DNA of 64,000 bases from the human T2T-CHM13v2.0 reference genome, Homo sapiens, in NCBI RefSeq assembly GCF_009914755.1, contig NC_060930.1; one strand, 5' to 3'. The position numbers were made by a program, and so were the translations under genes. Shown in pieces: positions 39,244-57,289 of this stretch. A model generated the notes under the pieces. It was not told the origin of the DNA. It searched no databases and saw only the letters and a list, made by a program, of their open reading frames with translations. Positions within the stretch are counted from its first letter, which is position 1, and each line of letters opens with the position of its first letter.

Positions 39244-40159
39244 CTGTTTGAAAACATTGGAACACTCTTTAAGTAGTCATGATTTGAGTTACCACCAAGA
39301 TTCAAGAAATAAGATAAATGAATTGTTATAGACCGGGAGTTCTGTGAAATCCTTCCCCCTGAGCCATTTTAACAAAAGTCTATAAAGCTGAGAATCTGTG
39401 AAGATGGGGGCTGAGATCTTGAGCAAATCTTTCAAAAGTCTCACCTAAGACTCTAAAGCAGGGCTACTAAGGCAATCAAGGATTAAACGAAGATCTTAGA
39501 AAAAGGAAAAACATATTGAGGTGAGCCAATAATCTGAACTGCTTTTCCGCTTGAGGCATTTTCCAATTCTTAAACTGCAGAACCAAAGGCTACAGGGCAG
39601 AGCAGAAATGTTTGGCTAAGAAGCTGGGAAACAACTGAGTTTCTAACAGTCTCACAAAGGTGATGGTACTAACTTGGAACCAAAGCCTGTCAGGGGAGGA
39701 GGGCCACCCTTCCAGTTAGAACTCCTGAATATCTGTACTCTGGGATTAAGTTTTACAAAGAAATTAACTGGTATATACAAAAGATTAAAACCTATCTTTA
39801 ATCTAGCTATAGCCCAATGTGGATTAAGGTGACATGCCCCTATTGTGAATGTCTGCAAGAAAACAAAATTAAATTCTCTCTGGAAAAACATAAAATTAGA
39901 TTCTGCCTTCAGTTATCTCCACATCTTTTTACACATAATTATTGGCCTACCATGAAGACTAGAAAACAGAAACAAATGACTGAAAACCAAGGAGAAAAAA
40001 GATAATTAAAAATAGAACCACAGACCACTCAGATAGTGTTAATAGAAGTGGACTTTAATATAACCGTGACCAATAAGTTAAAGAAAAGAGATGATTAGAT
40101 GGAGCACTTTACCAGAGAATTGGAATCTATAGAAACATTAAATAGAAAATGTATCAACA

Positions 40160-40450
40160 GGCTGGTGGTTCACGCCTGTAATCCCAGCACTTTGGGAGGC
40201 CGAGACAGGTGGGTCACTTGAGGTCAGGAGTTTGAGGCCAGCCTGGCCAACATGATGAAACGGTGTCTCTACTAAAAATACAAAAAATTAGCTGGGTGTG
40301 GTGGCATATGCCTGTAATCCCAGCTACTCAGGAGGCTGAGGCAGGAGAATTGCTTGATCTTGGGACGCAGAGGTTGCAGTGAGCCGAGATTGCACTATTG
40401 TACTTCAGCAATTCAATCTTTAAGATTCCATCTCAAAAACAAAAAAAAAA
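40160..40450 (+). mobile_element. AluS (Sz/Sx-like)
   Basis: Full dimer. TSD aaaatgtatcaaca/aaaatgtagcaaca (40146-40159, 40447-40460). Confidence 0.95.
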
Positions 40451-40664
40451 TGTAGCAACAAAAAAAACCTTGAAATTAAGTACACAATAAATTGTTTTAA
40501 TGAAGATTAGATACACAGAAGAGAAGATTAGTGAAATAGAAAACAACTCAACAGAACATATTAAGACCCAACAAAGAGAAGCAAAAAAGCAAAAATATAT
40601 AAGGAAATGCAAGAAACATATGTGGCACAAATAAAGTTACAAGTAATTGATTCCAGAATAAAAA

Positions 40665-40870
40665 TAGACAAACTATAGTCTATAAATTGGCTGCCTATTT
40701 TTGTAAATACAATTTATTGAAATATGGCCATTTCTACTCATTTACACATTATTTAGGAAGTTTTCTGGATTACAATAGTGGAGTTGGCTAGTTGTACTAG
40801 AAACTGAATGAACTGCAAGTGTAAAATGTTAATTATCTTCCTTTTTAAGAAAAAGTGTGTCAAATCCTCC
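40665..40870. mobile_element. MER58A-like hAT-Charlie MITE
   Basis: 'ctgcctatttttgtaaatacaatttattgaa...aagaaaaagtgtgtcaaatcct'. Confidence 0.75.
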
Positions 40871-41691
40871 CTTGAAGACACAACTGACCTCCTCCACTCA
40901 ATATAGTTTTTGAATAGCCATACTTTCCAATGATGTTTTTTAAATTTACTCCTGTAGAAGAAGTAGAAAACAAAGAGCAAGATGGTAGGCTTAAATTAAA
41001 AACTATTAGTAATCCAATTGAATGTAATACTCAGACTGAATAAGAATTAAACATGCTAAGTACGTGGTGTTTACAAGAGACATACCTAAATATAATGACA
41101 CAGAAATATACCATACAAACCTAAGTAAAACACATACACATACACATGCACATGCCCACACATATGCCAAAATGAATGCTGCACAGTTACTATCAATTAA
41201 AGTAGAATTTAAGGCAAGAAATATAATTAGCGACAAGAAGTGATGTTTCATTATAATAAAATGGTCAATCTACCAGGAAGATGTATCAACTCTAAATTGA
41301 GTGCAAATAATAATATGGCCTCAAAATATGTAAAACAAAAATGGATGGAACTAGTAAGAAAAAATATTCAAATTTCACAATTATTTTAAGTCACTTTAAT
41401 GCATTTTTCTGAGTAACTGAAGGAACAGACAAAATCACTAAATATTACAAATATTTGAAAATACAATTAAGAAACTTGACCTAATCAGCATATATAAATA
41501 AGGCACACAACTTCAAGAAACACTTCCTTTAAAATTGCTTATTTTACATTTACTAAAGTTGGCTTTTCATGCAGTCAGTTTCAACATATTTTAACTAGAA
41601 TTATTTAGCGTAGTTCTCTAGCAACAGTGGAATTAAGCAAAACAGATGCACACAAAAAAGGGAGGGATTCCTAAGTGCTTAAGACTACGTT

Positions 41692-42803
41692 TGTCGAGGG
41701 TCTCCAGGGCAATTTCCAGGTTCAGTGATCTGCTGTGAGGATTCACAGGACTCATCACATTGTCATACTCATGGCTATGATTTGTTACAAATCAAAGGCA
41801 AAATCAGCAAAGGGAAAAACTGATGGGGTGAAGTCTAGGGGAAAAAACAGGTCCGACCTTCCAGAATCTTCTCCCAGAGAGGTTCACACATTGTATTAGG
41901 GTTCTCCAGAGAAACAGAACTGATAGAATACATATAGACATATATAAGAAGAAACTTATCAGAATTGGCTCACATGATTATGGCCCAGAAGTCTCACATT
42001 ATGCCATCTGAAGGTAGAGAACCAGGAATGCGGATGGTGTAGTCCAGTATCAGTCCAAAGGCCTACAAATTAGGCGAGCCACTGGTGATGTAACTCCCAA
42101 TTCAAGGCTGAAGAATCGTGAACTGGAGAGCAGGGGGACACTGGAGTAAGTCCAGGAGTTCAAAGGCTCAATAACCAGGAGCTCCGATGTCCAAGTACAG
42201 GAGAAGCTGGATGCCCCCGCCAAAGGAAAGAGAGAATTCAGTCTTCCGCCACCTTTTTATTCCATTCTAGCCCTCTACAGTTTGGAAGATGCCTGCCTAT
42301 ATTGGTGAGATGGGATCTTCTTTACTCAGTCTACTGATTCAAATGCTAACGTCTTCTGGAAACTCTCACAAACACACCCAGAAATAGTATTTTACCAGCG
42401 ATCTGAACATTACTTAGCCCAGTCAAGTTGGCACATAAAATTACCCATCACACACAGGATGCACTTATTTCTTCCAATGAGTTGTGACAACACATGTGAA
42501 ATGTTGCCAACCAGGAAAACTCATTAAAGACTCAGTGCCCAGGGTTTATATTGGAGGCTGGTCACGTAGGCAGGTTCTGCCTGGCATGTGCCAAAATTTC
42601 AGACTCCTAGAAGGAAAGCAAGTATTCAGCATGCATCATATTCTTTGTACAGTTTATGCATAGTGAGCCACTCTTATCAGTTGTGGGAATGGGGGAAACT
42701 TTCCCCAAATCCAAGTTCTAGTAAATCTTCCAAGGGCCTACCTTGTATTTAGGACTTTCAAAAGATAGCATTCAAGCTTGCTGTGTTAACTCTTTTCTGC
42801 ACA
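41692..42803 (-). mobile_element. MER21-family LTR interrupted by MLT2
   Basis: 'ccaggttcagtgatctgct...cacaggactca...tcatactcatggctatgattt' and end 'tgttaactcttttctgcaca'. Confidence 0.85.
41892..42452 (-). mobile_element. MLT2B-like LTR nested in MER21
   Basis: 'tgtattagggttctccagagaaacagaac' to 'cacataaaattacccatcaca'. TSD cacat/cacag. Confidence 0.9.
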
Positions 42804-44515
42804 CACTGGGTCAAAGAAGAAATTACAATGAGAATTAGAAAATATGTTAAATTAAATGATAATGAAAATATGATGTATCAACATCTGTGATGCCACAACA
42901 ACCATGCTTGGAAATTTCTATCTCTAAATGCATATGTTAGAAAAAAAAAAGACTAAAAATCAAATCTCGAAGCACTCATATAAATAGATCAGAAGAATAA
43001 TAGCAAACTAAATCCAAAATAATAAAAGCAAAAACCATGCAATAGAGAAAACCTAACTAAGCCAAAAATTGCTTCTTTGAAAAGTTTAATGATAATGAAA
43101 AACTCCCGGGAAGACTGATCAAAGAAAAAAAAGGTACATGATATAAATTACAAATACCAGGAATAAAAAAGGAGTCATTATAGATATTTTATATATCAAA
43201 AGAATAAAAATATATATTATTACTGACTTTATGCTAGTCAATTAAATATGTAAATGAAATGAAAAATTTCCTTGAAGAAAATACAGCTTATTAACAATGA
43301 CAAGAAGCATAAAATCTTAATAATAGACATTAATCAAAAGAAATATGTAATCAAAAAACATTCAACAAAGTTCTTAGGTGGCTTTAGCAATGAATTCTAC
43401 GAACTGTTCAGTAAGAAATAATACCAAATACATATAAACTTTTCTAGAGAATAGAAGAAATTTTTTTAATTCTATTTTTGAGTGCAGCATAACTTGATAC
43501 TTAGATACTAAACTTTCAGAGACATTACAAGAAAGGAAAATTACAAATGCAAAAATCCTAAACAAAATATTAGCAAATCAAATTCAGGAATATGTAAAAA
43601 GGGTAATATATCATAAAAAGTTGGGTTTATTCCCAGATACAAGTTTGGCATAACATTCAAAACTCAGTTGACATAATTTAGCACAGTTATGAAATAAAAG
43701 AGGGAAGCATATCATCAGCTCCTTACATGTGAAAAAGTATTTGATAAAATTTAAACACCTTTTCCTTATGCACTATTACATAATCAGTGCAATCATAGTT
43801 TGGAAGATATTAAGACTGGCTAAATAGAGTGGTGCTATTGTAGACAGGGGATGTTGTAAGACATATTCTCTTGTGAATTTATCCACAGCAAATATTAACA
43901 GCTTTAGTGACATGTCTATTCTATGTCACTGGAACAGACAATTAATTAATCAGGTGGTGCTTCCTCTTTTCAGCTGCTCATCAGACAAGAAGCCTGATGT
44001 TTGCCCCCTTAGCAGTGCTCTTTGTGAGGTGTCTTCTTTTTCCCCCAGAAAACTACAAATTTCACTGCATGTGTGCTACTTACTATAGGAATGAAGCAAC
44101 AGGTTCTTTATTCCATTGGTGCATGTTAGTTTATCTAACTGAATAGATAAGTCTCTAGAAATAGAAAATGGATCTTAAAAGAATGAGCCACAGGACAGGT
44201 ATACATTTGCTATGAACTGAATGTTCATGTCTTTTCAAAATGTATGCATTTAAGCCTTAATCCCGAATATGATGGTATTGGGAACCTGAGGGAGGTGGAG
44301 AGAGGGGGAGCCCTCATGAATGGATTCGTGTCCTTATAAGATGGGAGATGGGAGAGATCATCTCTCTGCCTCATGAGGACGCAATAAGAAGATGGCCATC
44401 TGCAAACCAGGAAATGGGCCCTCATCAGAACCGGACCACACTGGTGCTCTGATCCCAGACTACTTAGCTTCTGGAACTGTGAGAAATAAATTTCTGTAGT
44501 TTAAACCAACCAGTC

Positions 44516-45143
<628 letters not shown>

Positions 45144-45903
45144 TTATAGCAGCCTGAACGAGCTAAGACAACATTGAAGCAGAGCAAGAAGAGGTTCAGG
45201 AAGATTCAGAGTCCAGAGACTGGGCCTTTGTTTGGAGACGTCAAACTCGTCAGGGGTACCAGTTGGGGTTCATGGTCAGAAGTAGAGGAAACTTATTTTG
45301 CTAGGGAGGGAAGAGGAATGCAAAAATAGTGAAAGCGAATCGAAAAGAGAAACAAAGTTCACTTGGAAGAGACCTTGGAGAACATATTCACCTAACATGG
45401 GAAAATCAAACACCTTAGGGTTGAGCTGGCTTCATGAAGGTCACAGTTGCAAAAGGAAAATAAAACTCCAGTGCTTTGATGTCTGGCAGCATGCTCTCCC
45501 CACATTAAAACAAAATTATTACAGCTTCCTATATTCATGTTTTTCACACTAATTTGACAACTGTTCCTCCAGCCTGCAGATACAGATAAGAATATAATTT
45601 CTAACTTAAAAAGAAAATGAAGCACTCAAAATCGTGTTTATGTGCTTTTGGTTACTTTTGTTAAGAAATGAAAAAAAAACCCAATAGTTTGGGGACAGAT
45701 ACAAGAAATGGTAAATGAGTAAACATTTTGCAACATGTCTTTATCTTCCCTCTTTGACATCTTGCTCCTTGAGGAAAACATTTTGGCTGATTTTTATTTC
45801 TATTTCATTGTATTGCAGTGGTGGATGCATACAGTAGTTCTGTAATACACCTTATTAAATGAATAAAGGAAAAATATTTGCTTTAGAAGCCCCTAAAACT
45901 CTT

Positions 45904-45946
45904 TGTATTAGTCAAGGCTTTCCAGAAAAACAAAACCAACAGGAGA

Positions 45947-46019
<73 letters not shown>

Positions 46020-46369
46020 TTATTTTAAGGAATTGGTTTATGTGATTGTGGAGGCTTAGTAAATCCAAAATTTGCGACATAGACTAGCAAGCTGGAGACC
46101 AAGGGAAAAGTTGCAGTTCAAGCCCACAGGCAGTTTGCTGGCTGAGTTCATTTTTGCTTGGGAGAGGTCGGTCTTTGTTCTAGTCAGGCCTTCACTGATT
46201 GGATGAATTCTCCACACATTATGGAGGGTAATCTGCTGTCCTCAAAATCCAACCATTTAAATGCTAATCTCATTCAAAAACACCTTCACAGAAACATTTA
46301 GTAGAAGGTTTGACCACAAATCTGAGCACTGTGGCCTAGTTAAATTGGCATATAAAATTAACCATTATA
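45904..46369 (-). mobile_element. MLT2C/D-like LTR with a (TG)n(TA)n(GA)n microsatellite (45947-46016)
   Basis: 'tgtattagtcaaggctttccaga' to 'tataaaattaaccattata'. Confidence 0.9.
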
Positions 46370-46639
46370 CCTCTGTTATCACCACTGTCAGAATTCTCTG
46401 TTTCTATTTTCACCCAATAATAGAAGAGTGGAAAAATCCAGGCCAAGCAATACATTTGACATCACATAGATATCCTGTCCTCTTCCTCCTCTCACAGAGA
46501 CTGTTACAGTCACCAAATGCCCATGTGCCCCTGTGTTGTAAATGGGGAAGGAAGTCCTCCTGTTGGGGTCTTTACAGATCACTCCAACATAGTCATAGAA
46601 ATCACACTGGGAGAGGCATATGATATTTAAAAATATCAT

Positions 46640-47030
46640 GCGTTTGTTATACTCACAGGACCCAGAGACAGGAGGCACGGCAAGGCTTGCCACACATGGA
46701 GCCAGCCATATGGGAGGAACTCCTGGTGAGCAAGCTCAACCAAGCAGATGAGGAGGAGAGAGAGAGAGAAAGAGAGAGATTGAGGACCTGCCGGCAAGTG
46801 CCTTTACTGGAGATCATGGTGGAGGACACAAGCAAAAGGTTTGAGGGGATTTCACTTGTATGTTTTAATGTCATTAGGTCACAGTCAGGCGAAGGCAAGA
46901 ACGGGACAGCCTTATCACACTGTGTCAGGGACCAGCCTTATCACACTACTGTACCTGGTCACCTGGTTGAGGTGCTCACTGACTATTGATGGGGAATGTT
47001 GGGGAATTGGGAAAATATGGAGTTTAATAA
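46640..47030 (-). mobile_element. ERVL-type LTR fragment, family uncertain
   Basis: 'ttatactcacagg...caagctcaaccaagcag...agtgcctttactgg' LTR-like sequence. Confidence 0.45.
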
Positions 47031-47819
47031 TTTATAATACAGCTCCTCTTCTAGATTTCTGAGCCTCTTTATAGTTGGTTGGGCCTCATGATTGGGTTCT
47101 GACCAGTGGAAAATGAACAAAGTGATGGCAGTCCTCTAAAACATCTTCTAGTTCCTCCAGTCCAGTTGGTCATATCCTGGTGGCCTTGGAGGTCATGTGT
47201 CCTGGGTAGTATAGCCTCATAATGAACTGGGATATGAAGCCTGTATTAGGTTCTGACTGACTGAAAAAAAAGATTCCTTATTGTATTATGGCTTTGTAAT
47301 TTCAATTTGCCTGTTACATCGGCTAGTTTTAATGACTTATACCTGCCTTTCCCCTCAAATACTACAATGTTCTCTTAAAACTTGTTTGTGTTGAGTGCCT
47401 TGAAAATTGTATTCAGTAAGTGGCTTATCCAAACCACATTTTCTTGGAATTTTCTTATAGAAGGGCACTAGAACCAGTGCTGTGTATTAAGAGGGTGTGT
47501 ACTCATTCTTAACAGTTTTACCTGATGCAATTGAAAATTTCTCTTCCTTACCTGTATATATGCTACAATCTCATTCCTGGGCTTCTATAGCTACTCTAAA
47601 TAGTGGACGATGACCCTCATTTATTCATTAATGTTCTGAAGTGGCATAGAAATTTTTGTTTATGTTCAATGTTTTGAATATTTACAACAGATACCAAGTG
47701 AACTCCTACCATGTATATGAGGAGCTGACTGGGCAGTGACAGAGAGTTAAAGAAAATTCAAGGCCTTGTTCTTGTTCTCAAGAAATCTACCAGTTTGCCA
47801 GACCAATGGGAAATGCCAT

Positions 47820-52620
<4,801 letters not shown>

Positions 52621-53209
52621 CATTTTAAAGGAGTTGATTTGCAACACTTGTTCATTTTTTACGAGAAAGCACACATTTTACAAGTATCAAATTGCCTTTT
52701 CTGTGTGTTATTCCATCTTAAAGTGTTTAACATTCTAGTTTGCCATCCAGTTAACTGTTGTAGGTTCTCAGCATTGTTTCAGGGGTGATAAAATATTAAC
52801 ATAATGTATACTATGGTGAGATAAGGATGCATGCATTTATCTCTAGGGTAGCCAAAACCAGGAAAATACAAGAATGTATACCAAAAGAATTAAAAAAAAT
52901 AAAATGGAATAGAAATGATAAAGAATACCAAAAGAAGACAGGAAGAGAGGAGCAAAGGAACATAAAACAGGGAAAACAAGTAGAAAATAAACTAACATAA
53001 TTGGTCTAAATCCCAAATACATCAGTAATTATATTACATGTAAATACATTAATAACCCAAGGTAGGGGCAATTCCAGTGGTTGGGGGAGCAATCAGAGGT
53101 TTCAGAGAAGCAGCTCTTTACAAGTTAAGAATGTATTAGCCCAGATCTACCAGTTTATGCCGGGTGAATATCAGCCCTGCTTGGATACCATGCAGATAAG
53201 AAAATAAAG

Positions 53210-54450
53210 GTCATTGCTGTTAAGTTTCAAGCTCCCTGTCTATCTTTCTCAAGTCTTATCCCATTCTTTCCTCCCTAATTAGTAATGACTAATCTGAATT
53301 TTGTGTTTACCATTTCCTTGCTTTACTTTATAGACTAATCAAATAAGTCTATGTTTAAATAATATATTGTTTAGTTGTTCCTGCTTTCAAACCTTACATA
53401 AATCGAATCATACTATATATGTATCATCTTCAGCTTTGCTTTTTTATTCAATATTATGTCGCTAACATTTATCTATGTTTTTACAGGCATCTGAAATGCA
53501 TTCATTTCCCCGTTATAAAGTAATCCATCATATGATTATTCCACATTTTTCCATTCTACTGTGGATAGATATTGTTATGTGTGTAAGTGTGTCTCTAGGG
53601 TGTACATTCAGGACTGAAATGTTTGAGTTGCATTGAGTGCACAAAAATCAACTTTATCTGATAAATTGTTTTCTGAAGTGATTACACAGTACCAGACAGT
53701 TTTAAGTGTACTATTTGCTCCATAACCTTGACAACATCTAATTTTTGCACATAAGGTAGGAAGAAAATGGTTTGTAGTTAACTTCCATGCAGTTCTTTGC
53801 TTACTAATGAGATTGAACATCTTTTCTCATGTTTATTTCTATACTACAGAGGCTTCTTCAACGCAATGCTTCTATAAGACTTTTGCCAATATTTTCCTGT
53901 CACTTTTTAATTAATTTTTAAGAGTTCTTTTCTTGGAGTTATTTTTAAATACTTCATTTTTAAAATATGATATAAATTCTACCCTTTTAATTAAATTGTA
54001 TTTTTGAACAGTCTTTGCTCATGTGTTGAGTTTGAGTAGATTTTTTAAAGAATTTTTTGCATCCAGTAAACTTGTTAAATTTTAATTACATTTAATATTT
54101 TATGTGTACAAGTTTTATTATATCATTTGTTGATAAAAATGTTTTCTGCATTATCCTTGCAACTTTCACTTATTATTATTATTCTTTCACATTTCATTGT
54201 GCTTACTAAGGCCTTCAGCATAATGAATAGTAATGAGAGACAACACACTTGTCTTGCTCCAGATCTTAAAGGGTTTTCCACATTTCAAAAAAAAATGTAT
54301 CATTTTGCTGTAGGACTTTTTTAGACCTTTAACATGTTAAGAAAGTTTCCTTTTGCTCTTAGTTTGTTAAGAATTTTAATTGGAGCTAGAAAGTAAATTT
54401 TGTTGGAAAACATTCTCTATCTCTTTAGATGATCATTTTTTCCCCTTTTA
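53210..54450 (-). mobile_element. Old L1M (L1ME-like) fragments
   Basis: 'ttgctccataaccttgacaacat', 'cttactaatgagattgaacatctttt', 'ttaagaaagtttccttttgctcttagtttgttaagaatttt'. Confidence 0.7.
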
Positions 54451-54532
54451 CACTTTCACTATCATTATTGTAATCAAATTATGCCACCCTTGACATTCTG
54501 TGGTTAAACAAACATTTTAAGGATTAATGGCT

Positions 54533-54901
54533 TGTCTTAGTCTGTTCAATCTACTGTAACCAAATACCGTATACTTGGTAGCTTATAAACAACAGAAATT
54601 TATTTCTCATAGTTCTGGAGCCTGGGAAGTCCAGGATCAAGGCACTAGCATATTCATTCTGGTGAGGGCCCACTTTCTGGTTCATAGATAGTGCCTTTTC
54701 ACTGTGTCCTCATGTGATAGAAGGAACAATGGGTCTCTCAGTCTCTTTTAAGAATACTAATCCCATTCGTCAGGGCTCCACTCTCATGACTCAATCACCT
54801 CTCAAAGTCTCCACCTCCTAATATTTTCACCTTGGGATTAAGATTTCAACATATGAGTTTTGGTGGCAACACAAACATTTAGAAAAATTTAGACCACAGC
54901 A
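54533..54901 (-). mobile_element. MSTD/MLT1A-type MaLR solo LTR
   Basis: 'tgtcttagtctgttc...cttataaacaacagaaatttatttctcatagttctggag' to 'agaccacagca'. Perfect TSD 'tggct'. Confidence 0.92.
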
Positions 54902-55507
54902 TGGCTTGATTCATCCTGCCATGGATTTATGTTTTCATCTCTAACATCATTTGATGTGCACAATCAAGATTTCAAGGAATAGGAAGTAAAACCCAAAGAT
55001 ATTTGGAATCTTTTATAATCTGTAGAACAATCTGCCAACAATGAAGACTCTTAGTTAACCTCGGTTGCAATTTCAGTATGTCACCTCTACCCATGTTGTC
55101 ACTGTACTGTCCATTTCTCTTGTTTCTATTAGCTAAGGCCCAGAACTTGACCTGCTTCTTTAACTAAGGCATATATACTTTTCTGCTATATACTTTTATC
55201 ATACACTATATTTGTCCTTTATCATATTTATTATAAATTTAATTAACTAACTTTACGTAGTTATTTGTAGATCATCTGTCTGCCCTTACAGACTATAAGC
55301 TCCATGAAAGCAGAGACTTTTTAATGTCCAGTTTTTGCTACATTTCTAGTCTTTAGCATAGTATCTTGCATATAATATGCTCTCAACAAATCTTTGTTGA
55401 ATGACCATTGGTAGATAATGGCCAGGATATATCCTTACTACTAACCAGAAAGCATTCATTCAAACAATTCTAATCACATTATCTATGTATCTATCTATTC
55501 TCTCCCT

Positions 55508-55510
55508 ACA

Positions 55511-55560
<50 letters not shown>

Positions 55561-55580
55561 AAGGAAAGGAAAGGAAAGGA
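55508..55580. repeat. Compound (CA)n(GA)n(GAAAG)n microsatellite
   Basis: Read directly from the sequence. Confidence 0.95.
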
Positions 55581-55613
55581 TAACCTTTTTCCATACCTTT
55601 AGGAGTACACATT

Positions 55614-55653
55614 TGCATTAGTTAGAGTTCTCTTAGAGGGACAGAACTAATAG

Positions 55654-55701
<48 letters not shown>

Positions 55702-55750
55702 ACTGTCATGTTGCAGAACCTTCACTTCTTTGGTCATGAGGGTTGTGGCA

Positions 55751-55805
<55 letters not shown>

Positions 55806-56110
55806 TTTATTAAGAAGTATTAATTACACAATCACAAGGTCCCACAATAGGCTGTCTGCAAGCTGAGGAACAAGGAGAGCCAGTCCGAGTCCCAAAACTG
55901 AAGAACATGGAGTCCGATATTCTAGGGCAGGAAGCATCCAGCACAGGAGAGAGATGTAGGCTGGAAAGCTAGGCCTATCTCTCCTTTTCATGTTTCTCTG
56001 CATGCTTTATAATTGCTGGCAGCTGACTAGATTGTGCCCACCATATTAAGGGTGGATCTGCCTTCCCCAGCCTACTGACTCAAATGTTAATCTCTTTTGG
56101 CAACACCCTC
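55614..56110 (-). mobile_element. MLT2A LTR (truncated) containing (AT)21 - 56-bp insert - (AT)24
   Basis: 'agagggacagaactaataggagat', 'cccacaataggctgtctgcaagctgagga', 'aagggtggatctgccttccccagcc'. Confidence 0.92.
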
Positions 56111-56114
56111 TGTT

Positions 56115-56680
56115 TGGTAATATCTACACAAGCTGAATATACATGTACCTTATGACCTAGCAATTATAAAATAGAAATGAATACAGATATTCACAAAAAG
56201 AGAGATACTGAAATGTTAACAGCAGTCCTATTCATACAGCCCCAAAGTAGAAGTCATCTGATGTTCATCAAGAACAGTAGCTAAAAATAAGATACATTTA
56301 TCCAATGTAATACTATATAATCGTGAGAATGAACAAACTGCAAATATATGGATAAATGTCATAAACATGATATAGGGTGAAAAGAGCCAGATGTAAAAGT
56401 ATGCATAATGTATGATCCCATTGATATAATATATTAAATTAAGGAACACTAATCTATGCTCTTAGAAGTTAGGATAGTGTATGTACTTTGGGTGGAGATC
56501 GTATAGTACTGGAGGATAGACTTAAAGGGCCTTCAGGGGTGCTGGGAGTGTGATGATGTTGAGTCTGGTTGGTGATGACATGGATTTGTTCAATTTGTAT
56601 AAATTCATCTAGGTATACAGTATGATATTTGCAGTTTCCTCTGTGTATATTATACTTCAACAATGTGTATTTTTCTTTAA
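56115..56680 (+). mobile_element. Old L1M 3' end (L1MD/ME-like)
   Basis: 'accttatgacctagcaatt', 'tgaaaagagccagatgtaaaagtatgcataatgtatgatcc', 'tgtatattatacttcaacaa'. Confidence 0.8.
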
Positions 56681-57289
56681 ATGAGAGAAGCATCATGGAC
56701 TAGGAAGCAGAAGACATTTATTTTAGCCCAAATCTTTTTCCTTAAAAGTTATATAACCTGTTTAATTAATAAGGCCTTTCTAGGTCTTGTTTATCTATAA
56801 AATAAAAGAGTAATTATACCTACTACATGGGTCGACAATAAGTAGTTAAAGCTGGTTTGTCCCCAGAGATTTCCTCTAGAGCGTTAAATTATAAATCAAT
56901 GTGTAATGGACCAGGGAGAAATATAAAGGCTATCTTTAGAAGCTAGGATGAGTTCAGAGCTGCTAAGATCAACAGGAATTTGACTGGAAAATAATGTGTT
57001 CAGGAGAACAAGAGTCTGGTCAGCAAAGCCAGCAGAAGCTGGAGAGTTGCAGGACTAAATGTGGAAATGGCAGGCGGTCATCTCGGACACAGGCAGATCA
57101 GATGCCACAACCCTCGTGACCAAAGAAGTGAAGGTTCTGCAACATGACAGTGACATTTCCAAATGTAAAACTATGAAACTGACAAGATGGTTTTAGGTTT
57201 CAGAATCTCGTGACATTTTTTAACAAGATGAAGCATCTCCGAAGTGAATGCATGCATTCATTCATTATTTATTAAACACTTATTGACAC

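Larger units (their letters stand above)
38950..43780 (+). mobile_element. Old L1M (5'UTR/ORF1/ORF2 remnants) interrupted by Alu, MER58 and MER21/MLT2
   Basis: A-rich L1M motifs: 'cacagaagagaagattagtgaaatagaa', 'aatggtcaatctaccaggaagat', 'aaaatcctaaacaaaatattagcaaatcaaattcag', 'gaaaaagtatttgataaaatttaaacacc'. Confidence 0.85.

Noticed and set aside
46900-46950. Short duplication 'cagccttatcacact' x2
   Set aside because: Small slippage duplication inside an LTR with no indication of function.
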